From the IMG/VR virus record IMGVR_UViG_3300042328_001099, positions 1 to 38,593 of that record: a stretch of DNA of 38,593 bases; one strand, written 5' to 3'. The position numbers and the translations under genes were made by a program. The DNA comes from a virus (Duplodnaviria; Caudoviricetes). Positions within the stretch are counted from its first letter, which is position 1. Every line of letters begins with the position of its first letter. This document shows positions 34,525 through 38,593 of this stretch, piece by piece. The notes under the pieces were generated by a model. It did not search any database, was not told the DNA's origin, and was given only the letters and a program-made list of their open reading frames with translations.

Positions 34525-34829
34525 TACTTCTTCTCCCTTTCATTTCTATTGCTAATTGCCTTGGCTTTGGATTTGGCGTCTGCCTTGCTGCTTGCTCCCC
34601 ACGCCTGCAGTGAGAGCAGCAGCCGCGTCGGTCGCCCCTTAGCGTCTCGCTCTGGCCCAGGCATGTTTCCCATTCGGGCAAGGAACGATGCGCGACGTGG
34701 GTTGTCCCCGCTCTTTACTGGGGCCTTAAGTGTTCCGCCAGTCTGAGCCTTGTACGATGCTCGGCCCCTGGCGTTTAGTCCGCCTTTAGGGTTTTTCCCA
34801 GCCTTTCGCTGCCAAGCGGGAGATGTCAT
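34524..34829 (-). CDS. DUF6321-like basic protein
   Basis: AWQRK.GKNPKGGLN..GRASY...LKAPV...NPRRASF.ARM...LQAW. Confidence 0.8.
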   Translation of the reverse strand: MTSPAWQRKAGKNPKGGLNARGRASYKAQTGGTLKAPVKSGDNPRRASFLARMGNMPGPERDAKGRPTRLLLSLQAWGASSKADAKSKAKAISNRNEREKK

Positions 34830-35575
34830 CCGTTTTTTAGTTGTCGCAGGCGCTTGAGGTTTTCCTGCTGCTTTGTGGTTAGCGTTGACCCGCCCTGCTT
34901 TAGGTTCTTTAATTTGGTAAGCCTTGCGGATTGAATCGCGTTAAGGTTTTCAACCTGGCCAAGCATCTTAAACTGGTTATCTTTCAGTCTATAATCAACT
35001 GTGTTTTGGCTAGCGCCACCTTCAACTGGATTGCCAAATTTATCGTATCCACGAATTTTTGATACAATTTCATATCCCTTATCTTCCATCCCAGCGGATT
35101 TCCAATAGTCAAGAATCTTCTTGGGAGACCAAGCATAGTCAGAACCAGAAGATCCGCCCTTCCCCTGCATCCTTCCGCCAAGAGCAAAAAATTGTCGTTC
35201 AGCCTCTGATGGGTTAAATCCAAGAGACGAGATTGCCTCGTTTGCCTTTTTAAGTTTTGATGTGTACGAAGCCCCCGTATCGCCATCTGCGGGCATGAGG
35301 TTAAGCGCCTGTTGCGCCTTGATGTACCTAATCTTTGCCTGGTCGATTGATAGTCTTCCAGACAATACTGGATCTGCAGCAATTTCTTCTGCCGTCAACA
35401 TTCTGCGTTCTCGTGTCGTTTTTGTCGATGGCGCACCTTCGGCTGGCGGGGCGGTATCGGGAGGATTGCTACTTGTGCTACCGCCAGCGGATTGCGCTCG
35501 AATTTGGTCAATGATCTGCTTTGGGATACCAGCGTAATTACTTCCGCCGCCTTCGAACCTGCCGCGCTTTGCCAT
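34826..35575 (-). CDS. putative virion-associated protein
   Basis: Coupled within the late operon. N-terminus resembles that of the 791-aa internal protein. Confidence 0.55.
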   Translation of the reverse strand: MAKRGRFEGGGSNYAGIPKQIIDQIRAQSAGGSTSSNPPDTAPPAEGAPSTKTTRERRMLTAEEIAADPVLSGRLSIDQAKIRYIKAQQALNLMPADGDTGASYTSKLKKANEAISSLGFNPSEAERQFFALGGRMQGKGGSSGSDYAWSPKKILDYWKSAGMEDKGYEIVSKIRGYDKFGNPVEGGASQNTVDYRLKDNQFKMLGQVENLNAIQSARLTKLKNLKQGGSTLTTKQQENLKRLRQLKNG

Positions 35576-35576
35576 C

Positions 35577-35783
35577 TTACTTTGACCCGAACGCCTTGTC
35601 CTCTGGGTTCAGCCAGCGGATGACGACAGGAACAACGGCTGCAATACCTGCGGAAAGGACGGACTTCCATCCATCAGTGCCGAAGTCAAATGCGCCGCCA
35701 CCAAGGGCGATAAACTGCGCGAGGCAGGCGGCGAGAAATGATCGCGCCCACGATGCGATTACTGCTTGAGTAGACTTGCTCAT
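35577..35783 (-). CDS. holin
   Basis: Two hydrophobic helices, SWARSFLAA...RWLNP.D.AFG. ATG 35783 with AGGAG SD. Directly after the peptidase. Confidence 0.75.
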   Translation of the reverse strand: MSKSTQAVIASWARSFLAACLAQFIALGGGAFDFGTDGWKSVLSAGIAAVVPVVIRWLNPEDKAFGSK

Positions 35784-35791
35784 TATATCTC

Positions 35792-36358
35792 CTACTTCTT
35801 GATGATGACGCACCGCTTGTACGGAGCCTCACCCTTGCTTGAGGCGATTGCCTTCAGTTCTTTTTCTGTGACGATGCAGGCATACTTCTCTGCCTTGAGG
35901 CCTGAGAACGTTGGGTCAGCGAACTGGAACCCGAACTCCTTATCCCAGACTGCTGCGGCCATATGGCCATAGGTTGCGCCAGCGTGCCGACCGACGAACC
36001 GCTTGTGCCACGCGCTAAGTGCCTGTGGCGGGTAGAACCGAGCAGCCTGGACGTTGATGACGACCGCAGCGCCAGCCTTTAGGCTTTTGACTACGTCGTC
36101 CCAGTCCCGCGCCCATCGACCGTTTGCGCCGAGGACCTTGCAGGTCTTAATAATTTCGGAAAGGTCGGTGGCATTGTCTGCAACACCAGGCTTATCCTTG
36201 CGCCCTGTCGCCTTCTCCTTGGCTGCTACGCCCTCCCTGGCGGTGATTTCCTTATTTAGAACCCACGATGCGGCGGCTGCGCACGAGGAGGGTCCGCAGT
36301 CGTCAAGCACGCCACCCTTCTCGATGAGGGGAAGTTGCGAACGAATCTTTAGCCTCAC
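35792..36358 (-). CDS. C39-like cysteine peptidase, probable endolysin
   Basis: SQ...DCGPSSCA, YGH and ADP give the papain-like Cys-His-Asp triad. GTG 36358 is coupled to the upstream stop. Adjacent to the holin. Confidence 0.75.
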   Translation of the reverse strand: MRLKIRSQLPLIEKGGVLDDCGPSSCAAAASWVLNKEITAREGVAAKEKATGRKDKPGVADNATDLSEIIKTCKVLGANGRWARDWDDVVKSLKAGAAVVINVQAARFYPPQALSAWHKRFVGRHAGATYGHMAAAVWDKEFGFQFADPTFSGLKAEKYACIVTEKELKAIASSKGEAPYKRCVIIKK

Positions 36359-36789
36359 TTTGCTGGCCTCCCGCACAGGCACACTTTTCCGACGTGCTCT
36401 GTCTCCACTACCTCTTTTGCTGTTTTGTACATTCTCATCGCTTCCTTCTGGAAGAAACCGACTTCCTCCCGCGAAAGGAATTCTCGATGAAGTAGAAATA
36501 GGAGGCGAGCCCACTGCTTCGTGTGGTAGTCCTGCGACCATAGATGCGCAAGTTCGTGAAGAGCAGTCTCAGGGTGCGAATCACAGAGTTGGATTGTTTT
36601 CGTGGCGTCATCGGCAACTCCTAAATCGCAATTCCTATTGATCCAATGATGGTGTAGAATAAACGAGTTGACGGGGATCTTGTGCTTCTTGACCGCCTTG
36701 GCGGCCGTTCTCATGCTCCTGCGCCAATTGTCCCAATCCCGCTCCGTCATCCAGAACGAGGTCTTGATCTTGAATGGATAGGAATTCAT
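36355..36789 (-). CDS. HExxH zinc metallopeptidase-like protein (SprT/zincin)
   Basis: TALHELAH...H...W. ATG 36789 with GAAGGA SD. Confidence 0.7.
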   Translation of the reverse strand: MNSYPFKIKTSFWMTERDWDNWRRSMRTAAKAVKKHKIPVNSFILHHHWINRNCDLGVADDATKTIQLCDSHPETALHELAHLWSQDYHTKQWARLLFLLHREFLSREEVGFFQKEAMRMYKTAKEVVETEHVGKVCLCGRPAK

Positions 36790-37267
36790 TTCCTTCCACT
36801 TCGGGTTCGAGCGGCAGAGCCTCAGAGGTACCATCGAGTATCGCAGATCCCCCAAGAATTCCAGCAAGCGCGAGGGTGAATTCACGGTCACTGGTCTTCT
36901 CCTGTCTTTTATCAATAATTTCTTGTGCTCGCAGTCCTTCTGCAAGGCTTGGCGTCAACTGGCCAGAGTCGACAAGCGTAATCACTTGGTCTCGGACTAG
37001 GCTCGCCAGGTCTCCGTTAAATTTAATCGTGCCCTTTTGCTTCTTCAGCACCTTCGCTGCTTCCATCCTGGCCGACTCGTGGTCGCTGGTCATGTGTTCG
37101 CGCTTGTGCTTTCCGATAGTAATACGGCTGATGTACGAACCTTCGTCGTTTAGCCAGTTTGATACGGCCACGTCACTCATCCCCTGAGCAATTCTTTTGT
37201 TAATAAGGTCAACAAGAGGGCTGCGGCATACGTGGCAGCCAGTTAGTACTGGTGCCAATTCGGTCAT
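36635..37267 (-). CDS. putative terminase small subunit / HTH DNA-binding protein
   Basis: CHVCRSP...IN..I..G.S...VS.WL...ISR..I..H...H (Zn site plus HTH), then a helical region. Upstream of terL. Confidence 0.5.
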   Translation of the reverse strand: MTELAPVLTGCHVCRSPLVDLINKRIAQGMSDVAVSNWLNDEGSYISRITIGKHKREHMTSDHESARMEAAKVLKKQKGTIKFNGDLASLVRDQVITLVDSGQLTPSLAEGLRAQEIIDKRQEKTSDREFTLALAGILGGSAILDGTSEALPLEPEVEGNEFLSIQDQDLVLDDGAGLGQLAQEHENGRQGGQEAQDPRQLVYSTPSLDQ

Positions 37268-37533
37268 TCAGTAGGTTCCTCTCCTAAGAGTGGCTCTTCT
37301 ACTAGGTCGGGTTCTTCTCCTGGGGGCTGCATAAAAGTTCCGTCATCTAGGTACAAAGACCCCACCCCAACTTCTGATTTTGAAACGTTTTCAACATAGG
37401 CAACCGCACCGAACAAATCCCTGTAAACTGCAAGAAAAGACTCAAGATCTTGGGTCGAAAGATCTCCAACAATAGCCTGAACAACAATGCTGTACTCATC
37501 GATAAATACGTAGTTTTTAAGTGAGGTAGACAA
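37264..37533 (-). CDS. small acidic fibre-associated protein
   Basis: YVFIDE..IVV..IV...VGVG..Y..DGTF..P, the pattern usually found after Gly-rich fibre genes. Confidence 0.55.
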   Translation of the reverse strand: MSTSLKNYVFIDEYSIVVQAIVGDLSTQDLESFLAVYRDLFGAVAYVENVSKSEVGVGSLYLDDGTFMQPPGEEPDLVEEPLLGEEPTE

Positions 37534-38593
37534 GAATTAGCACTCCTTGATATCCGTCTCCGCCTTTTTGAACATTAATTGTAAAACTTGAAGCGGTATA
37601 GTTTGCTGAACTTGATGCAAGTACTCCAACCATACCAGCCTCGCCACCCCCAGCACCATAAAATGAACCGTTTCCAGCAGATCCGCCAGTTAGTGTTGCG
37701 CTTTGCGTTCCGCTAAATATTACTCCAACTGAACCTCCGCCGCCTCCGCCTCCTCCGACAGCGCCATCCCCTCCGCTCATTCTATACTGAGTTCCACTAT
37801 CTGCCGCGAGGGTAGTTCCAAGAACTCCAGAACCTCCGCCTCCTCCAGTAATCTTTCCAGCGGCGCCGCCAGCGCCCCCAGCGGCGCCTACCCTGACTGT
37901 TCCTGCTGTTCCAGTTACTGTCCCAGCAGTTCCAGATCCGCCGCTTGATGCTGCCTCTGGGAGAGCGCCATAATAAGTATACAAAGAAAGTACCGAAGAG
38001 ACTGTGGGGGAAACATAGTATGTCGTGATCCCAGGTACTCCTCCCTTTCCGCCAGTCGTGACAGAATACGACTGATTGGTTGAGGAGGCTGAGAGGTAAG
38101 ACCCAAACGTAGTCGAACCTCCAGAAACTGCATTCTGGCTTCCAGATTCAAATGTTGTGGAAATTGTTGCTGCTTTTATTAGGGTAAATGCAGATCTACC
38201 AGCGCCACCTGCCCCAATTCCAACGGCTATTGATGTCTCAGTACCAATACCAATATTTTGAAATGACCTAACGCTAGATCCAGTATTTGCATCTCCCGAA
38301 TAATGACTGCCAAATGTTGACGCATTTAGAGTCCTGGCGTAATTCCCGCCACCAGATCCACCACCAACTGCTATTGCGTGCAAAATTAACCTGCAGTTTG
38401 ATGGTCTTACCCAGGTTCCAGAAGATGTGATTACCTCGATATTAATTGTAGATCCAGCCGAAAAACTTGAAAAAGACGCCCCGCCAGATCCATTGGCCTG
38501 AAGAAGTTGGCCAGAGGTTGCTGCTCCAGAATTAATTGCCGATGTATTTACTGCGCCAGCAGCAATGGCAGCAGATCCAACCGCACCAGCGGC
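37517..38593 (-). CDS. glycine-rich tail fibre/receptor-binding protein (5' partial)
   Basis: The frame stays open to the window edge (AAGAVGSAAIAAGAVNTSAI...GQLLQANGSGG...ITSSGTWVRP...AVGGGSGGG...GG.G..G...L.Y). The track's start at 38383 is an artefact. Confidence 0.7.
   Translation of the reverse strand, partial: AAGAVGSAAIAAGAVNTSAINSGAATSGQLLQANGSGGASFSSFSAGSTINIEVITSSGTWVRPSNCRLILHAIAVGGGSGGGNYARTLNASTFGSHYSGDANTGSSVRSFQNIGIGTETSIAVGIGAGGAGRSAFTLIKAATISTTFESGSQNAVSGGSTTFGSYLSASSTNQSYSVTTGGKGGVPGITTYYVSPTVSSVLSLYTYYGALPEAASSGGSGTAGTVTGTAGTVRVGAAGGAGGAAGKITGGGGGSGVLGTTLAADSGTQYRMSGGDGAVGGGGGGGGSVGVIFSGTQSATLTGGSAGNGSFYGAGGGEAGMVGVLASSSANYTASSFTINVQKGGDGYQGVLILVYLT

Noticed and set aside
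36359-36541. N-terminal 61 aa of ORF 35792-36541
   Set aside because: It overlaps the HExxH gene. The GTGA coupling and GGGAGG SD support a start at 36358.
37640-37950. CCGCCT/CCAGCA-type short tandem repeats
   Set aside because: Explained by Gly/Ala codon runs in the fibre protein; not an independent repeat element.
1-38593. tRNA, integrase/att sites, introns/inteins, diversity-generating retroelement, alternative genetic code
   Set aside because: None seen. DnaB and TerL are uninterrupted and of normal length, there is no reverse transcriptase, and all three stop codons end genes normally.

Overview
The window is most of the genome of a tailed dsDNA phage. No integrase, repressor, tRNA or CRISPR array is visible, and the window ends inside a gene, so the genome continues past the right edge. 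The + strand (1-5966) holds about 18 small, mostly acidic or Cys-rich early genes, several driven by repeated cassettes of sigma70 promoter, 5' hairpin and strong SD, followed by a DnaB-type helicase. The - strand (38593 to 5925) is one tightly packed run. In transcription order it encodes: Gly-rich fibre, putative TerS, HExxH peptidase, C39-like endolysin, holin, small basic proteins, TerL, portal, two putative internal/ejection proteins, scaffold, major capsid protein, a glycosyltransferase, head-tail adaptor, Dit-like and Tal/Gp37-like tail proteins, a DEDD exonuclease, RmlD-like and NDP-sugar epimerase/dehydratase genes, Cas4-like nuclease, ERF, SSB-like protein, resolvase, an RlpA-like protein and RmlC. 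The most notable observations are four. (1) The 2861-aa protein carries a tandem ADP-ribosyltransferase plus HipA/PI3K-like kinase cargo. (2) A nucleotide-sugar pathway co-occurs with a capsid-linked glycosyltransferase. (3) A podovirus-type head/ejection module is joined to siphovirus-like tail-tip genes, with no tube or tape measure seen. (4) A promoter-proximal hairpin has an anti-SD loop. All family calls are by-eye motif recognition; no database search was run.
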